Positions 1 through 10,290 of a stretch of 45,621 nucleotides of DNA are shown piece after piece (the first letter of the stretch is position 1; every line of letters starts with the position of its first letter). The stretch comes from Romboutsia sp. (GTDB lineage Bacteria > Bacillota > Clostridia > Peptostreptococcales > Peptostreptococcaceae). The notes under the pieces were generated by a model that was given only the letters and a program-made list of their open reading frames with translations, was not told the DNA's origin and searched no databases. Both the position numbers and the translations under genes were made by a program. The stretch is taken from positions 1 to 45,621 of the forward strand of contig JAVXLU010000003.1 in assembly GCA_036646635.1 (NCBI GenBank), given 5' to 3'.

Positions 1-131
1 ACACTAATTAATATAAACTCCATATTTATTTCTCTCCTCTTTAATCATTAATTATTGATTTTATTTTTATATTTTAGCTTTTACATAGATATCAACATAA
101 GTCACAATTAAAATGTTAAGTAAGTAGTAAC

Positions 132-362
132 TTATGTTGCTGTATTTTTATTTATTAGTCTATAGTACTTAAATTTGTCAGTTCCAAAATTTTCTGATTT
201 AATAAATTTTAAACGGTACTCATTTAAATTTATAATAAGTACAATGTTTTCTCTCGACATACATTGAATACTTTTATCACCAACATAAGTTCCATTAAAA
301 CCCCTAAGTGAAGTAAAACGTAGAATGTGATTTCCTGTGATTATTAATATTCCTTCATTCAT
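132..362 (-). CDS. hypothetical protein
   Basis: 76 aa ORF preceded by GGAGG RBS. Confidence 0.6.
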   Translation of the reverse strand: MNEGILIITGNHILRFTSLRGFNGTYVGDKSIQCMSRENIVLIINLNEYRLKFIKSENFGTDKFKYYRLINKNTAT

Positions 363-652
363 ATCATATTCCTCCTACTATATCAACCATTATTTGCGGG
401 TTACATAAAACTAGTTGATATGCTTTCAATTTAACTTTTTTATTAATACATTCTTTTGCCAATGAATAACTTGAAATATTGCTACTACAGTCCAATCTTT
501 GCATACACCATGTAAAAGCCCATCTATTGTACCATACCCTTTTTAAGTACATCTTTGTATAAATGGGAATACGTTAATTCCTGTATCTTTAAAAATTTTC
601 AAACAGAACCTTACAGTATTATTAGTTATTTTAATCATTATTCTTGCTATAG

Positions 653-708
653 TATTGATTTTTCTTAAACCTAAGATTATAGTCCACTAGGATTAAGAAA
701 AATCAATA
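653..708 (-). terminator. long hairpin, probable terminator of the 311 aa gene
   Basis: 16-bp perfect inverted repeat TATTGATTTTTCTTAA (653-668) / TTAAGAAAAATCAATA (693-708). Confidence 0.7.
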
Positions 709-725
709 TGCCTTATATATAAACT

Positions 726-1661
726 TTAAATCTTTTCCCCACAAGAACTACAGAATTTAGAATCTCTAGTTATTTTAGCACCGCATTCTTTGCAAAACAT
801 AAAGTCATTAGCTATTATAGGCTCTTTTGTAGAACTCTCTTGATTTTGTTCTCTTGCGAATTTATTGACCAATAAATCTAAAACAGATAGACATTCTTGT
901 GCTTGCTTCTCTACTTCTCTATATGTCCAAGAATCTACTTTCGTTGTTGCAGTAATTAATTTAATATAAACCGTTGGATATTGTAAATCATTAACAGTTA
1001 TTTTTATTTTCATAGACTCTATTACACCTTTTGCACGTTTTTTCCCTGTAACACCTCCAACTATTGCTCCAGCACCTCCGAATAGTACTCCCCCTGCAAT
1101 AGCACGTCCAAGTCCTCCAGAAGCTATGCTACTTTCATCTACTAATAATTCATAATTTATTATATCTTCAAACTTGAATATTCTTGGATGTTTCTTTCCT
1201 CCAAAAAAGCCATCTGGAACTAGCCACTCACCTTTATTTTCATCAACTTCTAAGTAAGTTTCAATAACTTTTGTTGGTGTGAAAGTATCCAATTCATCTT
1301 GATATTCCAATTCTTTATTAACATATGGTTGCAATTCAGATAATGTTGTCTTCTTTATTTCCTTATCTATATTTTTTCTTACTAATGAAGCACATTTATC
1401 ACATATTGTAGCATCTACACAGTCATATTCAAGCCACCCTAACTTGCTTCCACATGCATCACACTTATCCCAATCATCACCAAGCTTATTTATTATCTCA
1501 GTTAATTCATTGATAGTAAATTTTTTTGTATTCCCTTTTATTATTTTATGTGCCTTTTTAGTACACTTTGAACATGCATATCCATCTTTATAATCTGAAT
1601 ATGTAATTCCCATCTTACCCCCACAATAACCACATTTCTCCGAACTATCAAAAAATCCCAT
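726..1661 (-). CDS. zinc-ribbon protein (DUF4428-like tandem CxxC repeats, Gly-zipper segment, C-terminal zinc ribbon)
   Basis: Two N-terminal CxxC..CxxC repeats, GRAIAGGVLFGGAGAIVGG motif, terminal FCKECG..FCSSCG. Confidence 0.75.
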   Translation of the reverse strand: MGFFDSSEKCGYCGGKMGITYSDYKDGYACSKCTKKAHKIIKGNTKKFTINELTEIINKLGDDWDKCDACGSKLGWLEYDCVDATICDKCASLVRKNIDKEIKKTTLSELQPYVNKELEYQDELDTFTPTKVIETYLEVDENKGEWLVPDGFFGGKKHPRIFKFEDIINYELLVDESSIASGGLGRAIAGGVLFGGAGAIVGGVTGKKRAKGVIESMKIKITVNDLQYPTVYIKLITATTKVDSWTYREVEKQAQECLSVLDLLVNKFAREQNQESSTKEPIIANDFMFCKECGAKITRDSKFCSSCGEKI

Positions 1662-1936
1662 TCTATTTTCTCCTTCGTTTTACATACAAAGAATTGAGCT
1701 GGTGTTCAAATATACTTATCTTCCAAGTCTCAATTATTTGCATTATATTTTTCATAATTTCATTCTCTAGCTATTTCTAGTAAAATTTAATGTTGCACTT
1801 ATTGGTTTCTTTTTAAAAACTCATCTATCGCTATTTTAGTTTCCTTTTTATAGCAATCCTCAACTTTGTCTTGTAAATGTTCTAAAAGTTTTTTAATTAG
1901 TTTCTGTCCCCCTATTCTCACCTCCTATGCTTATCA

Positions 1937-2320
1937 TTATATATTTTGTATATGAGGGTCTACCCTCACTCCTGTGTTGCTTAATAAACAAATTGTTACG
2001 TCTTTATCTACATTACTAAATTTCCTTTTAAAATATGTTGTTTTTTCTACGCATTCATTCGTTAAAAGTATTACCTCATCTATTTTATATGGATACTCAT
2101 ACAACTCTAATATAACTTCATCTACGTCTCCGTCTCCTGATTCAAAACATTTGCATGATACATTATTCATGCTTCTATACATTTTATCCCCTGTTATATC
2201 CACAACCATTATTTCTTTACCCTTACTAGTATTAATATAATCCTGGATAAAATTAATTCTGTTCCAATTTCCACAAATGATTTTCACTTTTAATCCTCCT
2301 ATCAAATACTCTAAACTCAT
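1937..2320 (-). CDS. hypothetical protein
   Basis: 127 aa ORF on the coding strand. Confidence 0.6.
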   Translation of the reverse strand: MSLEYLIGGLKVKIICGNWNRINFIQDYINTSKGKEIMVVDITGDKMYRSMNNVSCKCFESGDGDVDEVILELYEYPYKIDEVILLTNECVEKTTYFKRKFSNVDKDVTICLLSNTGVRVDPHIQNI

Positions 2321-2460
2321 ATATAAGATTATAACTAAGAATTATTTTCCAAAACTTGTGCAACATTTAATATTATACAACTATATAGTAAGATACCAAC
2401 CTTAATTAATAATCTGCATATATTATACCATTTTTACTATTTAATGTCGTTTAATTTTAT

Positions 2461-2976
2461 CTAATCTCTATCTCTTATGTATCTTATAATAACTACTGCG
2501 ATTAATCCTACGACAATTACTCCTAATATAACAAACAGTATCTTAACTCCACTAAAAGTACTACCTACATATGTAGTTCCATCACTATGGGTACTTCCTG
2601 AATTATTAAAGAATAAAAAGTGATGTGATGTAGATGGCGTATTTGAATTATTAACTATTGTATTATTAACCGTTGTTTTAGATTTATTTGTTGTATTTGA
2701 TTTTGTTTTATTGGTATTACTCCTTGATGATTTATTCGAATTTGAAGTACTCTTACTTGCCCCCTTATTTATGCTACTAGAGGATTTACTACTTGTAGAA
2801 TGACTACTGCTGCTTGGCTTACTAGATATACTTGAATGTGATACTGATGAATGTGATGAACTTGAGTGAGATACTGAACAAGGTTTTGCAAAAGCCATTG
2901 TTCCTAACAGTGATGTTACTATTCCTAATGTTAATATGAATGAAATTATCTTCTTTTTAAACTTAATATTATTCAT
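2461..2976 (-). CDS. Ser-rich membrane-anchored protein with signal peptide
   Basis: N-terminal signal peptide, Ser/His/Asn low-complexity linker, C-terminal TM helix with basic tail. Confidence 0.75.
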   Translation of the reverse strand: MNNIKFKKKIISFILTLGIVTSLLGTMAFAKPCSVSHSSSSHSSVSHSSISSKPSSSSHSTSSKSSSSINKGASKSTSNSNKSSRSNTNKTKSNTTNKSKTTVNNTIVNNSNTPSTSHHFLFFNNSGSTHSDGTTYVGSTFSGVKILFVILGVIVVGLIAVVIIRYIRDRD

Positions 2977-2996
2977 TTTAATTTCCCCTTTATAAT

Positions 2997-3656
2997 TTAT
3001 TTTATTATATTGAACTTTAAAAACACCTCATAAACTTTATCTAATTTATCTTCAGATGGAAGAGCATTAAATTCCTCACTACCATCTAAATGCTTTTTAT
3101 ACTCCAATATCTGTTGGTTATTAGTGTTATTTCTTTCAGATAGATAAATATATTTCTTATCTTCTGTTTTATCATATAGAATTCCAACAACTTCATATTC
3201 TATTTCTGAATTATTTAAATATAATTTTATATCTCCATAACCTGTTGTTATAAATACATTGCTTCTATCGCATGCTTTTACTTTTATATTAGAACTACAT
3301 TCTCTACAAGCTTTAAATGGACATATTATGGAACATTTCAGACATTCACATCTACTACATACCTCTAACCTATCTAACTCTCCTTGAATCCTTTGTTTGA
3401 ACTCAAATAACTCATCTACATATTTTGAATCATCTTTTAAAAAATCCAGAATTCCCTTTCCATTTGCCTTAATATCAGAATTCTTTATTTCCTCGATATA
3501 TTCATCTAATATATTAGATTTTTTTATAAATATTCTATTAGCTAATTCTTCATCTGGTAAAACTGAAACTATTTCATTACTACTAAAATCTATCTGTTCT
3601 TTAATATTCATATATTTTTTCATTTCTTTGTTTGTTATATTCTTTATCTTATTCAT
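2997..3656 (-). CDS. Cys-cluster protein with C-terminal DUF1292-like domain
   Basis: CxxCxCxxCxxxCxxxxCxxC cluster; C-terminal EIEYEVVGIL..KKYIYL..LDKVYEVF pattern. Confidence 0.6.
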   Translation of the reverse strand: MNKIKNITNKEMKKYMNIKEQIDFSSNEIVSVLPDEELANRIFIKKSNILDEYIEEIKNSDIKANGKGILDFLKDDSKYVDELFEFKQRIQGELDRLEVCSRCECLKCSIICPFKACRECSSNIKVKACDRSNVFITTGYGDIKLYLNNSEIEYEVVGILYDKTEDKKYIYLSERNNTNNQQILEYKKHLDGSEEFNALPSEDKLDKVYEVFLKFNIIK

Positions 3657-3665
3657 ATTCTTTTA

Positions 3666-4328
3666 TTACTCTCCGTCATTCATATAAAATTCTAATTCTT
3701 CTTCCAGGCTTATATTATCTTGACAATTTATATAATCTCTTAACTCTTCTTCTGGATCTTCCTCAATAAAAGACTCTAATCCATCTGCATAACTTTCTTG
3801 GTCTGCAATTTTATCTTCAATATCTTTTATAGAAATATTACAATCATTCTTGACATCGGTTAATATTTCATTCACCTTTGTCTTAGCCTGGGCAGTTGAA
3901 TATCTTGCTGCTAGTTCAGACTTCTTATTCTTTAAATTTCTAACTTCTTTTTCTAATTTTTCAATACTATTTTTAACCTGTTTAGAATCACTTTCTAACT
4001 TAATAACAAGATTATCTTCATCTTTAATCTTTTCATCAATTTCTTTCTTTAAAATTAAATACTTCATAGCTCTTTCTTTATCACTTCTGTTCCCAGCTGC
4101 TTTAATTCCTATTTCATATTCTTTAACCTTATTTAACAATTCCTGTTTCTTTCTCTTATGTTGCTTTACAGAACCTATAAAATTTGCTGAATCCATCTTT
4201 GCTTTATTTACAGCTTCCTCTCTTTTTCTGATTGCTAAATCAATTTGCTCTATTGGATTTTCTAACTCACCCATTATTTTGTTTCCTTTACAATTTACTA
4301 AATTTTTAATTCTTTTCATTAATCCCAT
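3666..4328 (-). CDS. pspA: PspA/IM30 family protein
   Basis: MGLMKRIKNLV start, ENP motif, long coiled coil, ELAARYSTAQAK. Confidence 0.9.
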   Translation of the reverse strand: MGLMKRIKNLVNCKGNKIMGELENPIEQIDLAIRKREEAVNKAKMDSANFIGSVKQHKRKKQELLNKVKEYEIGIKAAGNRSDKERAMKYLILKKEIDEKIKDEDNLVIKLESDSKQVKNSIEKLEKEVRNLKNKKSELAARYSTAQAKTKVNEILTDVKNDCNISIKDIEDKIADQESYADGLESFIEEDPEEELRDYINCQDNISLEEELEFYMNDGE

Positions 4329-4388
4329 TACTATTCCTTCTTTCTTTTTTAATATTTATTTAAATTCTTGTTTTTATAGACATTGAAA

Positions 4389-5132
4389 CTAATCAATGTC
4401 TATTATTTTAAACTTATATTTTTTAGAAAGATTATTTAATCTTTCTCTATTTTCATTAGTCATTCCCCTTCCTATTTGCACAATCATTTTTTTATAAACA
4501 CTATATCTAAATTCCACAAAAATACTTTCAGGGTAACATTGTTGAATTGCTAAGGTTCTTAAATGTTTTGGAACATTATTTAATCCTCTATTAAATAAAA
4601 TTAAGCAATATCTCCATTCTCTTTCTATACTCCATTTCATTTCTTTATATTTTCCCAGTTCAAATATTTTATATTGATCCCAATCCTTATCCTTTAATTT
4701 TATACTTGGAAAAATTTTATCTATATTATCTGTGTATTTTATTTTGTAGAGATGCTGAGTAAAACCTTCTACTGGCATAAATTCTTCATGATATTTAATT
4801 GGTAAATGTGTTTCTATTGGTTTATTGATTCTATGGTTATAAATATATTTCTTAAATATATACTTTGGTGCAAAAAGCCTTATGCCTCCATTTTCTCTCT
4901 TTGCATAGTTATTCCACATATAATCTATACCATCATTTGATATATCTTCGCACCAAGAACTTGAATACGTCATATGCTCAGTTGGAATATCAGAATCCCT
5001 ACTTTTCCCTTCTAGCTCATCATTTAAATTTTTTGCAGCATTAAATTTAAATAACTTTGTACTTAATATCTTTTCTAAAGCTTCTACATTTGTATAATGA
5101 GTTAAATAATCCATATTTTCTTTTAATCTCAT
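4389..5132 (-). CDS. DUF2971-like protein
   Basis: YLTHYT..AL..IL, LNDELEG, SSW, MWNNYA..GGI, K...WSIEREWR motifs. Confidence 0.75.
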   Translation of the reverse strand: MRLKENMDYLTHYTNVEALEKILSTKLFKFNAAKNLNDELEGKSRDSDIPTEHMTYSSSWCEDISNDGIDYMWNNYAKRENGGIRLFAPKYIFKKYIYNHRINKPIETHLPIKYHEEFMPVEGFTQHLYKIKYTDNIDKIFPSIKLKDKDWDQYKIFELGKYKEMKWSIEREWRYCLILFNRGLNNVPKHLRTLAIQQCYPESIFVEFRYSVYKKMIVQIGRGMTNENRERLNNLSKKYKFKIIDID

Positions 5133-5193
5133 AAAACCACCCCTATTCCCTTATATTATAACAGCTTTAATAAATCTATTTAAATCGAATATT

Positions 5194-6405
5194 TTAATTG
5201 CTTTTAAAATTATATATCGGTCTAATTATATCGATAATCTCTATAGTTTCACTAACATTATCTAAAATATCCTCAATTGGTTTATAACTCATTGGGCTTT
5301 CGTCTATCGTACTCTCACATACACTTGTACTCCATATTCCTTCCATAGACTTTGTAAATTCATCTAAGTTTATTTTTTCTTTAGCTTTTCCTCTACTTAG
5401 TATTCTTCCAGCTCCATGAGGTGCTGAATAATTCCAATCTTTATTACCTCTTCCTATACCTATAATACAACCATCTCTCATATTTAGTGGTATCAATACT
5501 TTTTCACCCTTTTGTGCTGAAATAGAACCTTTTCTAAGTATCATATTATCTATATTTATATAATTATGAATTGTATGAAAGAACTCTTTTCCACAATTTT
5601 TATCGATAGCATATAAATAATCAATTATTGTTTTAGCTATTTCAACTCTATTAATTTCTGCATATCTTTGAACTATTTTCATATCATTTATATAATCATC
5701 AAAATCTTCTCCTTCAATATATGCTAATTGTTTTGATATTTTAATATTGGGCATTTTCTTTAACTCTGATTGAATATCCCTTTCTCTACCTTTTTTTTTT
5801 AACTTATTTACTAACTCTTCCTTCTTAAATCTATTATTAGTCAGCTTTTTATATCCTAGTTCTTGATAATACGTAGCAACTTGTTTTCCTAGATATCTAC
5901 TGCCAGTATGAATAATTAAATATTTATTTCCATCATTATCCTCGTCTATTTCTATAAAATGATTGCCACCTCCTAAAGTTCCAATGCTTTTAATAGCTCT
6001 ATCAACGTTAATGTTATTTAAACATTTTAATTTACTTAATAATTTATTATAAACATATTCTTGTTTACACTTCTCAATGTTCTCAAAGACATTCATTCCA
6101 TGAGGTATTTTGAATCTAATCATATTGTCCAATTCTTGAAAATCAATATTAATATTTCCTAGTTGTACTGTTAACATTCCACATCCAATATCATATCCTA
6201 CAAGATTAGGACATACTTTATCTTTTATTGTCATTGTTGTTCCTATGGTACAACCAGCTCCAGCATGTACATCTGGCATTATACTTATCTTTGAATCCGA
6301 ATATATATCTTGATTACAAAGTTCAATTATTTGACTTATCGCTGTAGATTCTATATTGTCTGTAAAAACTTTAGCTTCGTTACATTTTCCTTTTAAATTC
6401 ATCAT
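5194..6405 (-). CDS. rtcB: RtcB family RNA ligase
   Basis: MPDVHAG, VGYDIGCGM, GTLGGGNHFIE, IHTGSR, HNY, SAPHGAGR, DESPMSYK motifs. Confidence 0.97.
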   Translation of the reverse strand: MMNLKGKCNEAKVFTDNIESTAISQIIELCNQDIYSDSKISIMPDVHAGAGCTIGTTMTIKDKVCPNLVGYDIGCGMLTVQLGNINIDFQELDNMIRFKIPHGMNVFENIEKCKQEYVYNKLLSKLKCLNNINVDRAIKSIGTLGGGNHFIEIDEDNDGNKYLIIHTGSRYLGKQVATYYQELGYKKLTNNRFKKEELVNKLKKKGRERDIQSELKKMPNIKISKQLAYIEGEDFDDYINDMKIVQRYAEINRVEIAKTIIDYLYAIDKNCGKEFFHTIHNYINIDNMILRKGSISAQKGEKVLIPLNMRDGCIIGIGRGNKDWNYSAPHGAGRILSRGKAKEKINLDEFTKSMEGIWSTSVCESTIDESPMSYKPIEDILDNVSETIEIIDIIRPIYNFKSN

Positions 6406-6409
6406 AATA

Positions 6410-7018
6410 TTACTGCACTTCCCCTAAAATAATTCTAATAGTGGTGAAGCATTTACTATATCCACTACTAACTTCTTTTTTTATATTAATATTCTTATTT
6501 AACTCAACTTTCCTATTAGTTTTACTCACAAATCTAGGTAAAGTCTTTCTTGTAAATATTCTTTCAAAAAGTTCATAATCACTTTGAGAATACTCCTTAT
6601 CTGCATCATATGTACAAGTTAACAATACTCCTTCACCAGTTTCATTTCTCCAACGACCTTTTTCTTCATAACTACCTTGTCCCAAATAAAAATATCTACT
6701 TCCCTTATCATCTCTATATTCTTGTCCAATTATCAATTCCTTCTTAGGAATTTTCTTCATAGCTTTTCTTTTAGCTTCTCTTTCTTTAGCTGCTTGTTTT
6801 TCTTTTTCTATTTGATCTAATATTTCCTGTTTGTGTTTTAATTCCTTTTCACTTGGATTTTCTATAAGAAATAATTCTGAATAAGAAGCATTAGAGCTTT
6901 TAAATCTTACTGATTTTCCATTCCATATACCTACATTTAAACCTCTACTATATCTTCCTGTTCCCTTTGCAACAACTAAATCATCTACTTTTATTTCTCT
7001 TCTTAATATATCTTTCAT
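6410..7018 (-). CDS. hypothetical phage protein
   Basis: 202 aa ORF with RBS; MKDIL.REIKV.DLV start typical of phage SH3/KOW-like proteins. Confidence 0.7.
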   Translation of the reverse strand: MKDILRREIKVDDLVVAKGTGRYSRGLNVGIWNGKSVRFKSSNASYSELFLIENPSEKELKHKQEILDQIEKEKQAAKEREAKRKAMKKIPKKELIIGQEYRDDKGSRYFYLGQGSYEEKGRWRNETGEGVLLTCTYDADKEYSQSDYELFERIFTRKTLPRFVSKTNRKVELNKNINIKKEVSSGYSKCFTTIRIILGEVQ

Positions 7019-7033
7019 TGTTTATCTCCTTCG

Positions 7034-7405
7034 TTATTTATTGTTATTATTTAAATCTATTAAGAATTGTCTATTGCATCCTATGTGCCTCATAGCAACT
7101 TCTAATAATTCAGAATCAGAATAATCTTCATTTCTACAATATTTACAACTTTCTGGAGTGTAATTATCACAACCAAAACAATGAATATATCCATCTTCGT
7201 CTTCTTCTCTAATGCATTTACTAGAATCATCTTCTAAATATTGTTGTTCTATATTTAATCCTAGTTTACAACTCTCCCCTATATATCCGTCGTCGCTCGC
7301 ACAATCATCAGAACACCAACCCTTTCCACATTCACATCTTACATAATATCCACAATCGCAATATGTATCTCCACAACTATCGCATGAATAGTAATCTACA
7401 CTCAT
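7034..7405 (-). CDS. Cys-rich hypothetical protein
   Basis: Multiple CxxC pairs, acidic. Confidence 0.7.
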   Translation of the reverse strand: MSVDYYSCDSCGDTYCDCGYYVRCECGKGWCSDDCASDDGYIGESCKLGLNIEQQYLEDDSSKCIREEDEDGYIHCFGCDNYTPESCKYCRNEDYSDSELLEVAMRHIGCNRQFLIDLNNNNK

Positions 7406-7454
7406 TAATTATCCCTCCATTATATTTTATAATATTTTTAAAATGTTACTTTTA

Positions 7455-7775
7455 TTAACTAAAAAATCCTCTTACTAATTCAGTGCTATGACCATTTTCA
7501 AATAATCCACTTTCAAATTCCTGTTCATTAAATAATCGACTTGTTTCGTTAGTAACTCCATCACTTTTTTCATTATAAGTTGGGTATCCTACTGGATAGT
7601 CTCTTCTTAAAACTCTATTCATTAGTTGTTGCTGACAATTGTGTATACCATCCACAAAATATTCCTTTTCACATGGATGAGTATCTCCTAGTTGCAAAAA
7701 GTTGTTATACGCTTCAACTAAGTTATCCATGACAATTCCCTCTCTAAACGTAAGCCCATATTTTCTTCCATTCAT
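7455..7775 (-). CDS. hypothetical phage protein
   Basis: 106 aa ORF with AGGAGG RBS. Confidence 0.7.
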   Translation of the reverse strand: MNGRKYGLTFREGIVMDNLVEAYNNFLQLGDTHPCEKEYFVDGIHNCQQQLMNRVLRRDYPVGYPTYNEKSDGVTNETSRLFNEQEFESGLFENGHSTELVRGFFS

Positions 7776-7816
7776 ACAAAATTCCCTCCTTAAATATAAA
7801 ATAGTATTTCTTGTAC

Positions 7817-8407
7817 CTACTTCCCTAAGCTAGCTTTTGCTAATCTATCTGCTTCATCATTCCACTTATCTTTTGAATGACCTTTTACTTTAAAGAACTT
7901 AACCTTAATTTTTTTATTTAGATTATCAAATCTGTCAACATATCCTTTTGTATACACATTTTTGGCTTTCCAATTCCTTGTTGCCCATTTTTCAACACCT
8001 TCATAATCATAATATATATGAATCTCTTTATAACCATCATCTATAGCTGTTTTTATTGCTCTTATACTTGCTTCACATTCACCGCATATATTCCACATAT
8101 TATGCTTGTCATCTGTAGCAAAACTGTCCGTCTTTATTACGGTATTTTCGTCTTTTAAAAATACTATACCGCTACCACTTACACACCTATTTTTATCGTG
8201 GCTGCCATCAGTATATGCAATTACTACTTCATCAATATTTTCAGAAGCAGGAGTCCAATCTGTAGTTATAGTTTTACTTTTCGCCAAGTTCTCCTCTGTA
8301 ATTCTTTGACTTATCTTAAGTATTAATTCCTCAAGTATTCTCACTTCATCTTCATTCATTTTGTCTTGTACCATGTTTAATGTGGATAGCATTGTATTTC
8401 TATGCAT
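7817..8407 (-). CDS. rnhA: ribonuclease HI
   Basis: AYTDGS, GE, YYDYEG, KVKGHS..WNDEAD.LAK motifs. Confidence 0.92.
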   Translation of the reverse strand: MHRNTMLSTLNMVQDKMNEDEVRILEELILKISQRITEENLAKSKTITTDWTPASENIDEVVIAYTDGSHDKNRCVSGSGIVFLKDENTVIKTDSFATDDKHNMWNICGECEASIRAIKTAIDDGYKEIHIYYDYEGVEKWATRNWKAKNVYTKGYVDRFDNLNKKIKVKFFKVKGHSKDKWNDEADRLAKASLGK

Positions 8408-8422
8408 TTTAAAAACCTCTTT

Positions 8423-8611
8423 CTAATATTTATTTAATAACATCCCAATTTTATGTATAACACCTAATTCTCTAAGTTTTTCTTTTTCACATTTCTCCCA
8501 CAGATATAACTTTAATAAGGTATCTATTCTTTTTGTAGTCTCAAGACCATCTATTTGTATTGCCATTTTTCTCTCATATTCATTAATTTTATCTTTATAG
8601 TTTATAATCAT
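8423..8611 (-). CDS. hypothetical protein
   Basis: 62 aa ORF with AGGAG RBS. Confidence 0.55.
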   Translation of the reverse strand: MIINYKDKINEYERKMAIQIDGLETTKRIDTLLKLYLWEKCEKEKLRELGVIHKIGMLLNKY

Positions 8612-8626
8612 ATAGTATTTCTCCTT

Positions 8627-9217
8627 TTAGTTAAGTATGCCACGTCTAAAATGTTTATTACATAGAGCACTATAACTTCCTTCCCCACCAATCTGAATTA
8701 TATCGCCATCTTTAACAACTTTATTATCAATAATCCTTACATTTTGAGTTGCTCTATTTCCACACCAACAAATACTTCTAATTTCCTGCACATCATCTGC
8801 TAAAGCTAATAGCCTTGCCACACCTGGGAATAGATAACCCCTAAAATCGGTTTTTAATCCATATGCTAGTACTGGTATGTTTAATTCATATACTATATCC
8901 TGTAATTCTTCTATCTGTTTTTCTGTTAGGAATTGCACTTCATCTATAAAAACTGCAGCATACTTATTTTCCCTGCTTAAATCTTTTATAAACGTAAACA
9001 AGTTTGTCTCTGTAGATATCCATTGTCCTTTTACTCTCATTCCTGTTCTTGATGTAATCCAACATTCATCAGTTCCTGATCTTGTATCCACAGAAGGTTT
9101 GAAAATTAAAGTTTTCATTCCTCTTTCAATATAATTATAATTGCTTCTTATCATATCTAAACTCTTTGAACTTCCCATAACTCCTGTTTTGAAATATAAC
9201 TTAGCCATTCTTATCAC
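8627..9217 (-). CDS. tdk: thymidine kinase
   Basis: GVMGSSKS P-loop, FIDEVQFL, YGLKTDFRG, ICWCG, QIGG motifs. Confidence 0.96.
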   Translation of the reverse strand: MIRMAKLYFKTGVMGSSKSLDMIRSNYNYIERGMKTLIFKPSVDTRSGTDECWITSRTGMRVKGQWISTETNLFTFIKDLSRENKYAAVFIDEVQFLTEKQIEELQDIVYELNIPVLAYGLKTDFRGYLFPGVARLLALADDVQEIRSICWCGNRATQNVRIIDNKVVKDGDIIQIGGEGSYSALCNKHFRRGILN

Positions 9218-9313
9218 CCCTTAATTATTAAACACAATCACTAATCCAAACTTATCTTCTATGTATTTTCTCCACCACTCTAATATTCTTTGCTTCATTA
9301 AGGTTAAAACCTC

Positions 9314-9577
9314 CTAACACATTAAGTATTGATTTATTTCAATTACTGTTTCATCTTTTTGATAATACTTATCTTTTGAAATTATTAATTTTATTTCATT
9401 ATCATCCAATTTATTATTTTCAACAACCTTTGTACCCATATATAGTCTACAATACCCATACTGTAATGGATACGCATATAATCGTCTAAATGTTCTATTA
9501 TTCATTTGTATTTCTTTAGCTTGTAGCCCATTAACCATACATTTTTCTATGCCATTTTGTAGTTTATTTTTAATCAT
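9314..9577 (-). CDS. hypothetical protein
   Basis: 87 aa ORF overlapping upstream stop. Confidence 0.6.
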   Translation of the reverse strand: MIKNKLQNGIEKCMVNGLQAKEIQMNNRTFRRLYAYPLQYGYCRLYMGTKVVENNKLDDNEIKLIISKDKYYQKDETVIEINQYLMC

Positions 9578-10172
9578 TAGTTATCTCCTCATTTTTATAA
9601 TCCTCTTTTAATTCTTTTAATATAACATTGAAATTTTGAATAGATCTACCATTTGTAACGTCCTCAATTAATCCAAGACAAAATTGATTATATGAATGAC
9701 TTCTTTTGTAACCTACTTCTGGTATATTAGTATTTCTTAAATCACTACTATGTACTCTAACATCCTTATCGCACATATTTCTCAGTTTCTCAATACCTTT
9801 TATTTTGTCTACCACACAATTAGGACTATTTAAAATTTCATCTAGTTTTTCTTTGAATTGCTTCATCATATATAAAATAGCTATTTCAGAAATAGTTCCT
9901 AGTGCATATGATTGATATTCAGCTACTACTATTTTAGAACCCCATAGTCTTTCCATATCAGCTTTTACTATTTTTTCACTTAGCTTGTTGTTTTCTTCAA
10001 CTGTTACTGATTTTTTATCATTTATGCTTTTATTTTTTACAGGTGAATAAATATCCATATTTAATCCCAGTTTCAATAATTTATCAAACTCTTCTTCTCT
10101 TACAAGAACCTCTCCTCTACTCATTATTCCACCTGCTTGGTAAAGTTTAAGTACTTCATCATTCGATTTCAT
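9570..10172 (-). CDS. nucleoside 2-deoxyribosyltransferase-like protein (phage type)
   Basis: LYQAGG, IYSP..NKSINDK, D...L, GTISEI motifs. Confidence 0.75.
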   Translation of the reverse strand: MKSNDEVLKLYQAGGIMSRGEVLVREEEFDKLLKLGLNMDIYSPVKNKSINDKKSVTVEENNKLSEKIVKADMERLWGSKIVVAEYQSYALGTISEIAILYMMKQFKEKLDEILNSPNCVVDKIKGIEKLRNMCDKDVRVHSSDLRNTNIPEVGYKRSHSYNQFCLGLIEDVTNGRSIQNFNVILKELKEDYKNEEITND

Positions 10173-10240
10173 TTTTGATTACCTCCATTATTTAAATTTT
10201 ATTTTATAATGCTTCTCTCTTGAGTTACCTTACTCTTATT

Positions 10241-10290
10241 ATTCTAAACCTAAATCTTAGTTTTGTCAATTATATTTTAATATTTATTTT
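10241..10290 (-). promoter_or_regulatory. sigmaA promoter with conserved upstream element
   Basis: TTGACA-N17-TAGAAT preceded by AAAATAAATATTAAAATATAA. Confidence 0.8.

Noticed and set aside
364-552. 62 aa ORF
   Set aside because: No convincing RBS; may be a fragment of a frameshifted gene spanning ~364-640.
2640-2880. Ser/Asn low-complexity DNA as a repeat element
   Set aside because: Explained by the protein linker of the 171 aa gene.
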